A program made the translations under genes and the position numbers. Below the pieces are notes generated by a model. That model did not search any database and was not told the DNA's origin. It saw nothing but the letters and a program-made list of their open reading frames with translations. Positions 1 through 13,825 of a stretch of 64,000 bases of DNA are shown here, piece after piece. The stretch lies in assembly GCF_009914755.1 (NCBI RefSeq), contig NC_060946.1; one strand, written 5' to 3'. The DNA is from the human T2T-CHM13v2.0 reference genome, Homo sapiens. Position 1 is the first letter of the stretch. Every line of letters starts with the position of its first letter.

Positions 1-764
1 GATGTAAGTATTGTCTAGGCTCGGCTTCAAGGGGCCTTGTCACATATCTCTGCACTGATCACCCAGGTGATGTAACTCTTGTCTAGGCTCTGCTTCCAGG
101 GCATATTGTGACATATCTATGCACTGATCACCTTAGTGATGTAACACTTTGGTAGGCTCGGCCTACAGGGGAATCTTGACATATCTCTGCACTGTTAACC
201 GAGGTGATTTAACTCTTGTCTAGGCTGTGCCCACAGGGGGATTGAGACATATCTCTGCACTGATCCCGAGGTGATACAACTCTTGCCTGGTCTCTGCCTA
301 CTGTGGACATTGGGACATATCTCTGCACTGATCTCCCAGGTGCTGTAACTTTAGTCTAGGCTCTGGCTACACGGCATTGTGACATATCACTGCACTGATC
401 ACCCAGGCGATATAACTCTGCTCTAGGATCTGACCACAGGGTGCTTTGTGACATATCCCTGCAATGATCACCCAGGTGATATACCACTTGCCAAGGCTCT
501 GCCTACAGGGGCATTGCAATGTATCTCTGCACTGATCACCTAGGTCTTGTAGCTATTTTCTAGGATCTGCCTACAGGGTGCTTTGTGACGTGTCCCAGCA
601 ACGATTACCCAGGTGATGTACCTCTCATCAAGGCTCTGCCTACAGGCACATTGTGATGTATCTCTGCACTGATCACCTAGGTCATGTAACTTTTTTCTAG
701 GCTCTACCTAAGATGGCATTGTGACATATCTCTGCACTAATCATCCAAGTGATGTAACTCTTGT

Positions 765-3146
765 CTAGGATGTGTCTAAATTAACTTTTTGACATAACCC
801 TGTACTGATCATCCAGGTGATGGAGCTTTTGTCTAGGCTCTGCCTAAGGGGGCATTGTGACATATTTCTGCATTGATCACCCAGGAGGCGAACTCTTCTC
901 TCGGATCTGCCTATGGGGGCATTGTGAGAAATCTCTGCACTGATCACCCAGGTGATGTAACTGTTGTGTAACCTCTGCCTACAGGGGAATTGTGAGAGAT
1001 CTCGTCAATGATTACCCAAGTGATGTATCCGTTGTCTAGGCTTTGCATACAGGGGGCTTTGTGACATACCTTTGCACTGATCACCCAGGTGATGTAACAC
1101 ATCTAAGTTCGGCCTAAAGGAGCTTTGTGACATATCTCTGCACTGATCACTTAGGTGATGTAACACTTTTATAATCACTGCCTACAGGGAATTTTGACAA
1201 ATCTCTGCACTGATCACGTAGGTGATGTAACTCTTGTCTACCCTCTGTCCAACGGGGCATTGTGAAATATCTCTGCACTGATCACCCAGGTGATTCAATT
1301 CTTGACTAGGAACTGCCTACAGAGGTTATTGTGAAATATCTCTGCACTGATAAACTAGGTGGTGTAACCCTTGTCCAAGCTCTGCCTACAGGGGCGTTTC
1401 CACATATCCATGAACTGATGACAAAGGTGATGTAACTCTTGCCTAGGCTTTGCCTACAGGGAACATTGGACATATATCTGCACTGATCACCCAGGTGATG
1501 CAACTGTTGCCTAGGCTTTGCCTCCAGTGGACATTGTGACATATCTCTGCACTGATCTCCCAGTTGCTGTAACTTTAGTCTGGGCTCTGGCTACACGGCA
1601 TTGTGACATATCACTGCACTGATCAACCAGGTGATATAACTCTTCTCTAGGATCTTCCTACAGGGTACTTTGTGACATATCCCTGCACTGATCACCCAGG
1701 TGATCTATCTCTGGTCTAAGCTCTGCCTAAAGGGGCATTGTGACAGATCTCTGCACTGATCACTCAGGTGATGTAAGTATTGTCTAGGCTCTGCTTCAAG
1801 GGGCCTTGTCACATATCTCTGCACTGATCACCCAGGTGATGTAACTCTTGTCTAGGCTCTGCTTCCAGGGCATATTGTGACATATCTATGCACCGATCAC
1901 CTTAGTGATGTAACACTTTGGTAGGCTCGGCCTACAGGGGAATCTTGACATATCTCTGCACTGTTAACCGAGGTGATTTAACTCTTGTCTAGGCTGTGCC
2001 CACAGGGGGATTGAGACATATCTCTGCACTGATCCCGAGGTGATACAACTCTTGCCTGGTCTCTGCCTACTGTGGACATTGTGACATATCTCTGCACTGA
2101 TCTCCCAGGTGCTGTAACTTTAGTCTAGGCTCTGGCTACACGGCATTGTGACATATCACTGCACTGATCAACCAGGTGATATAACTCTTGTATAGGCTCT
2201 GCCTACAAGGGGATTGTGACCTACCTCTGCACTGATCACCCAGGTGATATAACTCTTCTCTAGGATCTGCCTACAGGGTACTTTGTGACATATCCCTGCA
2301 CTGATCACCCAGGTGATCTATCTCTGGTCTAAGCTCTGCCTAAAGGGGCATTGTGACAGATCTCTGCACTGATCATTCAGGTGATGTAAGTATTGTCTAG
2401 GCTCTGCTTCAAGGGGCCTTGTCACATATCTCTGCACTGATCACCCAGGTGATGTAACTCTTGTCTAGGCTCTGCTTCCAGGGCATATTGTGACATATCT
2501 ATGCACTGATCACCTTAGTGATGTAACACTTTGGTAGGCTCGGCCTACAGTGGAATCTTGACATATCTCTGCACTGTTAAACGAGGTGATTTAACTCTTG
2601 TCTAGGCTGTGCCCACAGGGGGATTGAGACATATCTCTGCACTGATCCCGAGGTGATACAACTCTTGCCTGGTCTCTGCCTACTGTGGACATTGGGACAT
2701 ATCTCTGCACTGATCTCCCAGGTGCTGTAACTTTAGTCTAGGCTCTGGCTACACGGCATTGTGACATATCACTGCACTGATCACCCAGGCGATATAACTC
2801 TTCTCTAGGATCTGACCACAGGGTGCTTTGTGACATATCCCTGCAATGATCACCCAGGTGATATACCACTTGCCAAGGCTCTGCCTACAGGGGCATTGCA
2901 ATGTATCTCTGCACTGATCACCTAGGTCTTGTAGCTATTTTCTAGGATCTGCCTACAGGGTGCTTTGTGACGTGTCCCAGCAACGATTACCCAGGTGATA
3001 TACCTCTCATCAAGGCTCTGCCTACAGGCACATTTTGATGTATCTCTGCACTGATCACCTAGGTCATGTAACTTTTTTCTAGGCTGTACCTACGATGGCA
3101 TTGTGACATATCTCTGCACTAATCATCCAAGTGATGTAACCCTTGT
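765..3146. repeat. 35-mer HOR variant (2382 bp): 28 - 2 + 9 monomers
   Basis: Marker spacing 765->3147. The CTTCAATGATCACTCATGTG monomer is missing (~1500-1560) and the GTATAGG monomer is missing (~1621-1660). The AAGTATT/GCTTCCAGG/GTTAACCGAGG/GATCCCGAGG block occurs twice (~1770-2070 and ~2385-2690, offset 613). Confidence 0.9.
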
Positions 3147-4983
3147 CTAGGATGTGTCTAAATTAACTTTTTGACATAACCCTCTACTGATCATCCAGGT
3201 GATGGAGCTTTTGTCTAGGCTCTGCCTAACGGGGCATTGTGACATATTTCTGCATTGATCACCCAGGTGTCGAACTCTTCTCTCGGATCTGCCTATGGGG
3301 GCATTGTGAGAAATCTCTGCACTGATCACCCAGGTGATGTAACTGTTGTGTAACCTCTGCCTACAGGGGAATTGTGAGAGATCTCGTCAATGATTACCCA
3401 AGTGATGTATCCGTTGTCTAGGCTTTGCATACAGGGGGCTTTGTGACATACCTTTGCACTGATCACCCAGGTGATGTAACACATCTAAGTTCGGCCTAAA
3501 GGAGCTTTGTGACATATCTCTGCACTGATCACTTAGGTGATGTAACACTTTTATAATCACTGCCTACAGGGAATTTTGACAAATCTCTGCACTGATCACC
3601 TAGGTGATGTAACTCTTGTCTACCCTCTGTCCAACGGGGCATTGTGTAATATCTCTGCACTGATCACCCAGGTGATTCAACTCTTGACTAGGAACTGCCT
3701 ACAGTGGTTATTGTGAAATATCTCTGCACTGATAAACTAGGTGGTGTAACCCTTGTCCAAGCTCTGCCTACAGGGGCGTTTCCACATATCCATGAACTGA
3801 TGACAAAGGTGATGTAACTCTTGCCTAGGCTTTGCCTACAGGGAACATTGGACATATATCTGCACTGATCACCCAGGTGATGCAACTGTTGCCTAGGCTT
3901 TGCCTACAGGGGACATTGTGACATATCTCTGCACTGATCTCCCAGTTGCTGTAACTTTAGTCTAGGCTCTGGCTACACGGCATTGTGACATATCACTGCA
4001 CTGATCAACCAGTTGATGTAACTCTTGTATAGGCTCTGCCTACAGGGGGATTGTGACCTACCTCTGCACTGATAACGCAGGTGATATAACTCTTCTCTAG
4101 GATCCTCCTACAGGGTACTTTGTGACATATCCCTGCACTGATCACCCAGGTGATCTATCTCTGGTCTAAGCTCTGCCTAAAGGGGCATTGTGACAGATCT
4201 CTGCACTGATCACTCAGGTGATGTAAGTATTTTCTAGGCTCTGCTTCAAGGGGCCTTGTCACATATCTCTGCACTGATCACCCAGGTGATGTAACTCTTG
4301 TCTAGGCTCTGCTTCCAGGGCATATTGTGACATATCTATGCACTGATCACCTTAGTGATGTAACACTTTGGTAGGCTCGGCCTACAGGGGAATCTTGACA
4401 TATCTCTGCACTGTTAACCGAGGTGATTTAACTCTTGTCTAGGCTGTGCCCACAGGGGGATTGAGACATATCTCTGCACTGATCCCGAGGTGATACAACT
4501 CTTGCCTGGTCTCTGCCTACTGTGGACATTGTGACATATCTCTGCACTGATCTCCCAGGTGCTGTAACTTTAGTCTAGGCTCTGACTACACGGCATTGTG
4601 ACATATCACTGCACTGATCACCCAGGCGATATAACTCTTCTCTAGGATCTGACCACAGGGTGCTTTGTGACATATCCCTGCAATGATCACCCAGGTGATA
4701 TACAACTTGCCAAGGCTCTGCCTACAGGGGCATTGCAATGTATCTCTGCACTGATCACCTAGGTCTTGTAGCTATTTTCTAGGATCTGCCTACAGGGTGC
4801 TTTGTGAGGTGTCCCAGCAAGGATTACCCAGGTGATGTATCTCTCATCAAGGCTCTGCCTACAGGCACATTGTGATGTATCTCTGCACTGATCACCTAGG
4901 TCATGTAACTTTTTTCTAGGCTCTACCTACGATGGCATTGTGACATATCTCTGCACTAATCATCCAAGTGATGTAACACTTGT
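3147..4983. repeat. 27-mer HOR variant (1837 bp), lacks the CTTCAATGATCACTCATGTGATGCATC monomer
   Basis: Marker spacing 1837. At ~3880-3945 the GATGCAACT monomer runs directly into the GATCTCCCAG monomer. Confidence 0.88.
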
Positions 4984-6275
4984 CTAGGATGTGCCTAAAT
5001 TAACTTTTTGACATAACCTGTACTGATCATCCAGGTGATGGAGCTTTTGTCTAGGCTCTGCCTAAGGGGGCATTGTGACATATTTCTGCATTGATCACCC
5101 AGGTGGCGAACTCTTCTCTCGGATCTGCCTATGGGGGCATTGTGAGAAATCTCTGCACTGATAACCCAGGTGATGTAACTGTTGTGTAACCTCTGCCTAC
5201 AGGGGAATAGTGAGAGATCTCGTCACTGATTACCCAAGTGATGTAACCGTTGTCTAGGCTTTGCATACAGGGGGCTTTGTGACATACCTTTGCACTGATC
5301 ACCCAGGTGATGTAACACATCTAAGTTCGGCCTAAAGGAGCTTTGTGACATATCTCTGCACTGATCACTTAGGTGATGTAACACTTTTATAATTACTGCC
5401 TACAGGGAATTTTGACAAATCTCTGCACTGATCACCTAGGTGATGTAACTCTTGTCTACCCTCTGTCCAACGGGGCATTGTGAAATATCTCTGCACTGAT
5501 CACCCAGGTGATTCAACTCTTGACTAGGAACTGCCTACAGAGGTTATTGTGAAATATCTCTGCACTGATAAACTAGGTGGTGTAACCCTTGTCCAAGCTC
5601 TGCCTACAGGGGCGTTTCCACATATCCCTGAACTGATGACAAAGGTGAAGTAACTCTTGCCTAGGCTTTGCCTACAGGGAACAGTGGACATATATCTGCA
5701 CTGATCACCCAGGTGATGCAACTCCTGCCTAGGCTTTGCCTACAGGGGACATTGTGACATACTTCTTCAATGATCACTCATGTGATGCATCTCTTGCCTA
5801 GGCTTTGCCTACTGGGGACATTGCGACATATCTCTGCACTGATCTCCCAGGTGCTGTAACTTTAGTCTAGGCTCTGGCTACACGGCATTGTGACATATCA
5901 CTGCACTGATCACCCAGGCGATATAACTCTGCTCTAGGATCGGACCACAGGGTGCTTTGTGACATATCCCTGCAATGATCACCCAGGTTATATACCACTT
6001 GCCAAGGCTCTGCCTACAGGGGCATTGCAATGTATCTCTGCACTGATCACCTAGGTCTTGTAGCTATTTTCTAGGATCTGCCTACAGGGTGCTTTTTGAC
6101 GTGTCCCAGCAACGATTACCCAGGTGATGTACCTCTCATCAAGGCTCTGCCTACAGGCACATTGTGATGTATCTCTGCACTGATCACCTAGGTCATGTAA
6201 CTTTTTTCTAGGCTCTACCTACGATGGCATTTTGACATATCTCTGCACTAATCATCCAAGTGATGTAACTCTTGT
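4984..6275. repeat. 19-mer HOR variant (1292 bp), 9-monomer deletion
   Basis: Marker spacing 1292. Only one copy of the 97-bp internal repeat (5816-5912), with first-copy upstream context and second-copy downstream context. Confidence 0.9.
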
Positions 6276-8110
6276 CTAGGATGTGTCTAAATTAACTTTT
6301 TGACATAACCCTGTACTGATCATCCAGGTGATGGAGCTTTTGTCTAGGCTCTGCCTAAGGGGGCATTGTGACATATCTGCATTGATCACCAAGGTGGCGA
6401 ACTCTTCTCTCGGATCTGCCTATGGGGGCATTGTGAGAAATCTCTGCACTGATCACCCAGGTGATGTAACTGTTGTGTAACCTCTGCCTACAGGGGAATT
6501 GTGAGAGATCTCGTCAATGATTACCCAAGTGATGTATCCGTTGTCTAGGCTTTGCATACAGGGGGCTTTGTGACATACCTTTGCACTGATCACCCAGGTG
6601 ATGTAACACATCTAAGTTCGGCCTAAAGGAGCTTTGTGACATATCTCTGCACTGATCACTTAGGTGATGTAACACTTTTATAATCACTGCCTACGGGGAA
6701 TTTTGACAAATCTCTGCACTGATCACCTAGGTGATGTAACTCTTGTCTACCCTCTGTCCAACGGGGCATTGTGAAATATCTCTGCACTGATCACCCAGGT
6801 GATTCAACTCTTGACTAGGAACTGCCTACAGAGGTTATTGTGAAATATCACTGCACTGATAAACTAGGTGGTGTAACCCTTGTCCAAGCTCTGCCTACAG
6901 GGGCGTTTCCACATATCCATGAACTGATGACAAAGGTGATGTAACTCTTGCCTAGGCTTTGCCTACAGGGAACATTGGACATATATCTGCACTGATCACC
7001 CAGGTGATGCAACTATTGCCTAGGCTTTGCCTACAGGGGACATTGTGACATATCTCTGCACTGATCTCCCAGGTGCTGTAACTTTAGTGTAGGCTCTGGC
7101 TACACGGCATTGTGACATATCACTGCACTGATCAACCAGGTGATATAACTCTTGTATAGGCTCTGCCTACAGGGGGATTGTGACCTACCACTGCACTGAT
7201 CACCCAGGTGATATAACTCTTCTGTAGGATCTGCCTACAGTGTACTTTGTGACATATCCCTGCACTGATCACCCAGCTGATCTAACTCTGGTCTAAGCTC
7301 TGCCTAAAGGGGCATTGTGACAGATCTCTGCACTGATCACTCTGGTGATGAAAGATTTTTCTAGGCTCTGCTTCAAGGGGCCTTGTCACATATCTCTGCA
7401 GTGATCACCCAGGTGATGTAACTCTTGTCTAGGCTCTGCTTCCAGGGCATATTGTGACATATCTATGCACTGATCACCTTAGTGATGTAACACTTTGGTA
7501 GGCTCGGCCTACAGGGGAATCTTGACATATCTCTGCACTGTTAACCGAGGTGATTTAACTCTTGTCTAGGCTGTGCCCACAGGGGGATTGAGACATATCT
7601 CTGCACTGATCCCGAGGTGATACAATTCTTGCCTGGTCTCTGCCTACTGTGGACATTGGGACATATCGCTGCACTGATCTCCCTGGTGCTGTAACTTTAG
7701 TCTAGGCTCTGGCTACACGGCATTGTGACATATCACTGCACTGATCACCCAGGCGATATAACTCTTCTCGAGGATCTGACCACAGGGTGCTTTGTGACAT
7801 ATCCCTGCAATGATCACCCAGGTGATATACCACTTGCCAAGGCTCTGCCTACAGGGGCATTGCAATGTATCTCTGCACTGATCACCTAGGTCTTGTAGCT
7901 ATTTTCTAGGATCTGCCTACAGGGTGCTTTGTGACGTGTCCCAGCAAGGATTACCCAGGTGATGTACCTCTCATCAAGGCTCTGCCTACAGGCACATTGT
8001 GATGTATCTCTGCACTGATCACCTAGGTCATGTAACTATTTTCTAGGGTCTACCTACGATGGCATTGTGACATATCTCTGCACTAATCATCCAAGTGATG
8101 TAACTCTTGT
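6276..8110. repeat. 27-mer HOR variant (1835 bp), lacks the CTTCAATGATCACTCATGTG monomer
   Basis: Marker spacing 1835. Monomer absent at ~7010-7070, plus a 2-bp deletion at ~6375 (ACATATCTGCATT versus ACATATTTCTGCATT). Confidence 0.87.
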
Positions 8111-11100
8111 CTAGGATGTGCCTAAATTAACTTTTTGACATAACCCTGTACTGATCATCCAGGTGATGGAGCTTTTGTCTAGGCTCTGCCTAAGGGGGCA
8201 TTGTGACATATTTCTGCATTGATCACCCAGGTGGCGAACTCTTCTCTCGGATCTGCCTATGGGGGCATTGTGAGAAATCTCTGCACTGATCACCCAGGTG
8301 ATCTAACAGTTGTGTAACCTCTGCCTACAGGGGAACTGTGAGAGATCTCGTCACTGATTACCCAAGTGATGTAACCGTTCTCTAGGCTTTGCATACAGGG
8401 GGCTTTGTGACATACCTTTGCACTGATCACCCAGGTGATGTAACACATCTAAGTTCGGCCTAAAGGAGCTTTGTGACATATCTCTGCACTGATCACTTAG
8501 GTGATGTAACACTTTTATAATCACTGCCTACAGGGAATTTTGACAAATCTCTGCACTGATCACCTAGGTGATGTAACTCTTGTCTACCCTCTGTCCAACG
8601 GGGCATTGTGAAATATCTCTGCACTGATCACCCAGGTGATTCAACTCTTGACTAGGAACTGCCTACAGAGTTTATTGTGAAATATCTCTGCACTGATAAA
8701 CTAGGTGGTGTAACCCTTGTCCAAGCTCTGCCTACAGGTGCGTTTCCACATATCCCTGAACTGATGATAGAGGTGATGTAACTCTTGCCTAGGCTTTGCC
8801 TACAGGGAACATTGGACATATATCTGCACTGATCACCCAGGTGATGCAACTCTTGCCTAGGCTTTGCCTACAGGGGACATTGTGACATATCTCTTCAATG
8901 ATCACTCATGTGATGCATCTCTTGCCTAGGCTTTGCCTACAGGGATATTGTGACATATCTCTGCACTGATCTCCCAGGTGCTGTAACTTTAGTCTAGGCT
9001 CTGGCTACACGGCATTGTGACATATCACTGCACTAATCAACCAGGTGATATAACTCTTGTATAGGCTCTGCGTACAGGGGGATTGTGACCTACCTCTGCA
9101 CTGATCACCCAGGTGATATAACTCTTCTCTAGGATCTCCCTACAGGGTACTTTGTGACATATCCCTGCACTGATCACCCAGGTGATCTATCTCTGATCTA
9201 AGCTCTGCCTAAAGGGGCATTGTGACAGATCTCTGCACTGATCACTCTGGTGATGTAAGTATTTTCTAGGCTCTGCTTCAAGGGGCCTTGTCACATATCT
9301 CTGCACTGATCACCCAGGTGATGTAACTCTTGTCTAGGCTCTGCTTCCAGGGCATATTGTGACATATCTATGCACTGATCACCTTAGTGATGTAACACTT
9401 TGGTAGGCTCGGCCTACAGGGGAATCTTGACAAATCTCTGCACTGTTAACCGAGGTGATTTAACTCTTGTCTAGGCTGTGCCCACAGGGGGATTGAGACA
9501 TATCTCTGCACTGATCCCGAGGTGATACAACTCTTGCCTGGTCTCTGCCTACTGTGGACATTGTGACATATCTCTGCACTGATCTCCCAGGTGCTGTAAC
9601 TTTAGTCTAGGCTCTGGCTACACGGCATTGTGACATATAACTGCACTGATCACCCAGGCGATATAACTCTTCTCTAGGATCTGACCACAGGGTGCTTTGT
9701 GACATATCCCTGCAATGATCACCCAGGTGATATACCACTTGCCAAGGCTCTGCCTACAGGGGTATTGCAATGTATCTCTGCACTGATCACCTAGGTCTTG
9801 TAGCTATTTTCTAGGATCTGCCTACAGGGTGCTTTGTGACGTGTCCCAGCAAGGATTACCCAGGTGATGTACCTCTCATCAAGGCTCTGCCTACAGGCAC
9901 ATTGTGATGTATCTCTGCACTGATCACCTAGGTCATGTAACTATTTTCTAGGCTCTACCTACGATGGCATTGTGACATATCTCTGCACTAATCATCCAAG
10001 TGATGTAACTCTTGTCTAGGATGTGCCTAAATTAACTTTTTGACATAACCCTGTACTGATCATCCAGGTGATGGAGCTTTTGTCTAGGCTCTGCCTAAGG
10101 GGGCATTGTGACATATTTCTGCATTGATCACCCAGGTGGCGAACTCTTCTCTCGCATCTGCCTATGGGGGCATTGTGAGAAATCTCTGCACTGATCACCC
10201 AGGTGATGTAACTGTTGTGTAACCTCTGCCTACAGGGGAACTGTGAGAGATCTCGTCACTGATTACCCAAGTGATGTAACCGTTCTCTAGGCTTTGCATA
10301 CAGGGGGCTTTGTGACATACCTTTGCACTGATCACCCAGGTGATGTAACACATCTAAGTTCGGCCTAAAGGAGCTTTGTGACTTATCTCTCCACTGATCA
10401 CTTAGGTGATGTAACACTTTTATAATCACTGCCTACAGGGAATTTTGACAAATCTCTGCACTGATCACCTAGGTGATGTAACTCTTGTCTCCCCTCTGTC
10501 CAACGGGGCATTGTGAAATATCTCTGCACTGATCACCCAGGTGATTCAACTCTTGACTAGGGCTGCCTACAGAGGTTATTGTGAAATATCTCTGCACTGA
10601 TAAACTAGGTGGTGTAACCCTTGTCCAAGCTCTGCCTACAGGGGCGTTTCCACATATCCCTGAACTGATGACAGAGGTGATGTAACTCTTGCCTAGGCTT
10701 TGCCTACATGGAACATTGGACATATATCTGCACTGATCACCCAGGTGATGCAACTATTGCCTAGGCTTTGCCTACAGGGGACATTGTGACATATCTCTTC
10801 AATGATCACTCATGTGATGCATCTCTTGCCTAGGCTTTGCCTACAGGGATATTGTGACATATCTCTGCACTGATCTCCCAGGTACTGTAACTTTAGTCTA
10901 GGCTCTGGCTACACGGCATTGTGACATATCACTGCACTGATCAACCAGGTGATATAACTCTTGTATAGGCTCTGCCTACAGGGGAATTGTGACCTACCCC
11001 TGCACTGATCACCCAGGTGATATAACTCTTCTCTAGGATCTCCCTACAGGGTACTTTGTGACATATCCCTGCACTGATCACCCAGGTGATCTATCTCTGG

Positions 11101-13825
11101 TCTAAGCTCTGCCTAAAGGGGCATTGTGACAGATCTCTGCACTGATCACTCAGGTGATGTACGTATTGTCTAGGCTCTGCTTAAAGGGGCCTTGTCACAT
11201 ATCTCTGCACTGATCACCCAGGTGATGTTACTCTTATCTAGACTCTGCTTCCAGGGCATATTGTGACATATCTATGCACTGATCACCTTAGTGATGTAAA
11301 ACTTTGGTAGGCTCGGCCTACAGGGGAATCTTGACATATCTCTGCACTGTTAACCGAGGTGATTTAACACTTGTCTAGGCTGTGCCCACAGGGGGATTGA
11401 GACATATCTCTGCACTGATCCCGAGGTGATACAACTCTTGCCTGGTCTCTGCCTACTGTGGACATTGTGACATATCTCTGCACTGATCTCCCAGGTGCTG
11501 TAACTTTAGTCTAGGCTCTGGCTACACGGCATTGTGACATATCACTGCACTGATCACCCAGGCGATGTAACTGTTCTCTAGGATCTGACCACAGGGTGCT
11601 TTGTGACATATCCCTGCAATGATCACCCAGGTGATATACCACTTGCCAAGGCTCTGCCTACAGGGGCATTGCAATGTATCTCTGCACTGATCACCTAGGT
11701 CTTGTAGCTATTTTCTAGGATCTGCCTACAGGGTGCTTTGTGACGTGTCCCAGCAAGGATTACCCAGGTGATGTACCTCTCATCAAGGCTCTGCCTACAG
11801 GCACATTGTGATGTATCTCTGCACTGATCACCTAGGTCATGTAACTTTTTTCTAGGCTCTACCTACGATGGCATTGTGACATATCTCTGCACTAATCATC
11901 CAAGTGATGTAACTCTTGTCTAGGATGTGCCTAAATTAACTTTTTGACATAACCCTGTACTGATCATCCAGGTGATGGAGCTTTTGTCTAGGCTCTGCCT
12001 AAGGGGGCATTGTGACATATTTCTGCATTGATCACCCAGGTGGCGAACTCTTCTCTCGGATCTGCCTATGGGGGCATTGTGAGAAATCTCTGCACTGATA
12101 ACCCAGGTGATGTAACTGTTGTGTAACCTCTGCCTACAGGGGAATTGTGAGAGATCTCGTCAATGATTACCCAAGGGATGTAACCGTTGTCTAGGCTTTG
12201 CATACAGGGGGCTTTGTGACATACCTTTGCACTGATCACCCAGGTGATGTAACACATCTAAGTTCGGCCTAAAGGAGCTTTGTGACATATCTCTGCACTG
12301 ATCACTTAGGTGATGTAACACTTTTATAATCACTGCCTACAGGGAATTTTGACAAATCTCTGCACTGATCACCTAGGTGATGTAACTCTTGTCTACCCTC
12401 TGTCCAACAGGGCATTGTGAAATATCTCTGCACTGATCACCCAGGTGATTCAACTCTTGACTAGGAACTGCCTCCAGAGGTTATTGTGAAATATCTCTGC
12501 ACTGATAAACTAGGTGGTGTAACCCTTGTCCAAGCTCTGCCTACTGGGGCGTTTCCACATATCCCTGAACTGATGACCGAGGTGATGTAACTCTTGCCTA
12601 GGCTTTGCCGACAGGGAACATTGGACATATATCTGCACTGATCACCCAGGTGATGCAACTCTTGCCTAGGCTTTGCCTACAGGGGACATTGTGACATATC
12701 TCTTCAATGATCAATCATGTGATGCATCTCATGCCTAGGCTTTGCCTACAGGGGACATTGTGACATATCTCTGCACTGATCTCCCAGGTGCTTTAACTTT
12801 AGTCTAGGCTCTGGCTACACGGCTTTGTGACATATCACTGCACTGATCAACCAGGTGATATAACTCTTGTATAGGCTCTGCCTACAGGGGGATTGTGACC
12901 TACCTCTGCACTGATCACCCAGGTGATATAACTCTTCTCTAGGATCTTCCTACAGTGTATTTTGTGACATATCCCTGCACTGATCACCCAGGTGATCTAT
13001 CTCTGGTCTAAGCTCTGCCTAAAGGGGCATTGTGACAGATCTCTGCACTGATCACTCAGGTGATGTAAGTATTGTCTAGGCTCTGCTTCAAGGGGCCTTG
13101 TCACATATCTCTGCACTGATCACCCAGGTGATGTAACTCTTGTCTAGGCTCTGCTTCCAGGGCATATTGTGACATATCTATGCACTGATCACCTTAGTGA
13201 TGTAACACTTTGGTAGGCTCGGCCTACACGGGAATCTTGACATATATCTGCACTGTTAACCGAGGTGATTTAACTCTTGTCTAGGCTGTGCCCACAGGGG
13301 GATTGAGACATATCTCTGCACTGATCCCGAGGTGATACAACTCTTGCCTGGTCTCTGCCTACTGTGGACATTGTGACATATCTCTGCACTGATCTCCCAG
13401 GTGCTGTAACTTTAGTCTAGGCTCTGGCTACACGGCATTGTGACATATCACTGCACTGATCACCCAGGCGATATAACTCTTCTCTAGGATCTGACCACAG
13501 GGTGCTTTGTGACATATCCCTGCAATGATCACCCAGGTGATATACCACTTGCCAAGGCTCTACCTACAGGGGCATTGCAGTGTATCTCTGCAATGATCAC
13601 CTAGGTCTTGTAGCTATTTTCTAGGATCTGCCTACAGGGTGCTTTGTGACGTGTCCCAGCAAGGATTACCCAGGTGATGTACCTCTCATCAAGGCTCTGC
13701 CTACAGGCACATTGTGATGTATCTCTGCACTGATCACCTAGGTCATGTAACTTTTTTCTAGGCTCTACCTACGATGGCATTGTGACATATCTCTGCACTA
13801 ATCATCCAAGTGATGTAACTCTTGT
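8111..13825. repeat. Three canonical 28-mer HOR units (1905, 1904, 1906 bp)
   Basis: Markers at 8111, 10016, 11920 and 13826. Confidence 0.92.

Noticed and set aside
1165-1180. TATA/-10-like TTTTATAAT with a nearby TTGACA once per HOR
   Set aside because: TTGACA lies downstream of TATAAT, the wrong order for a sigma70 promoter. These are monomer variants in eukaryotic satellite and there is no evidence of promoter function.
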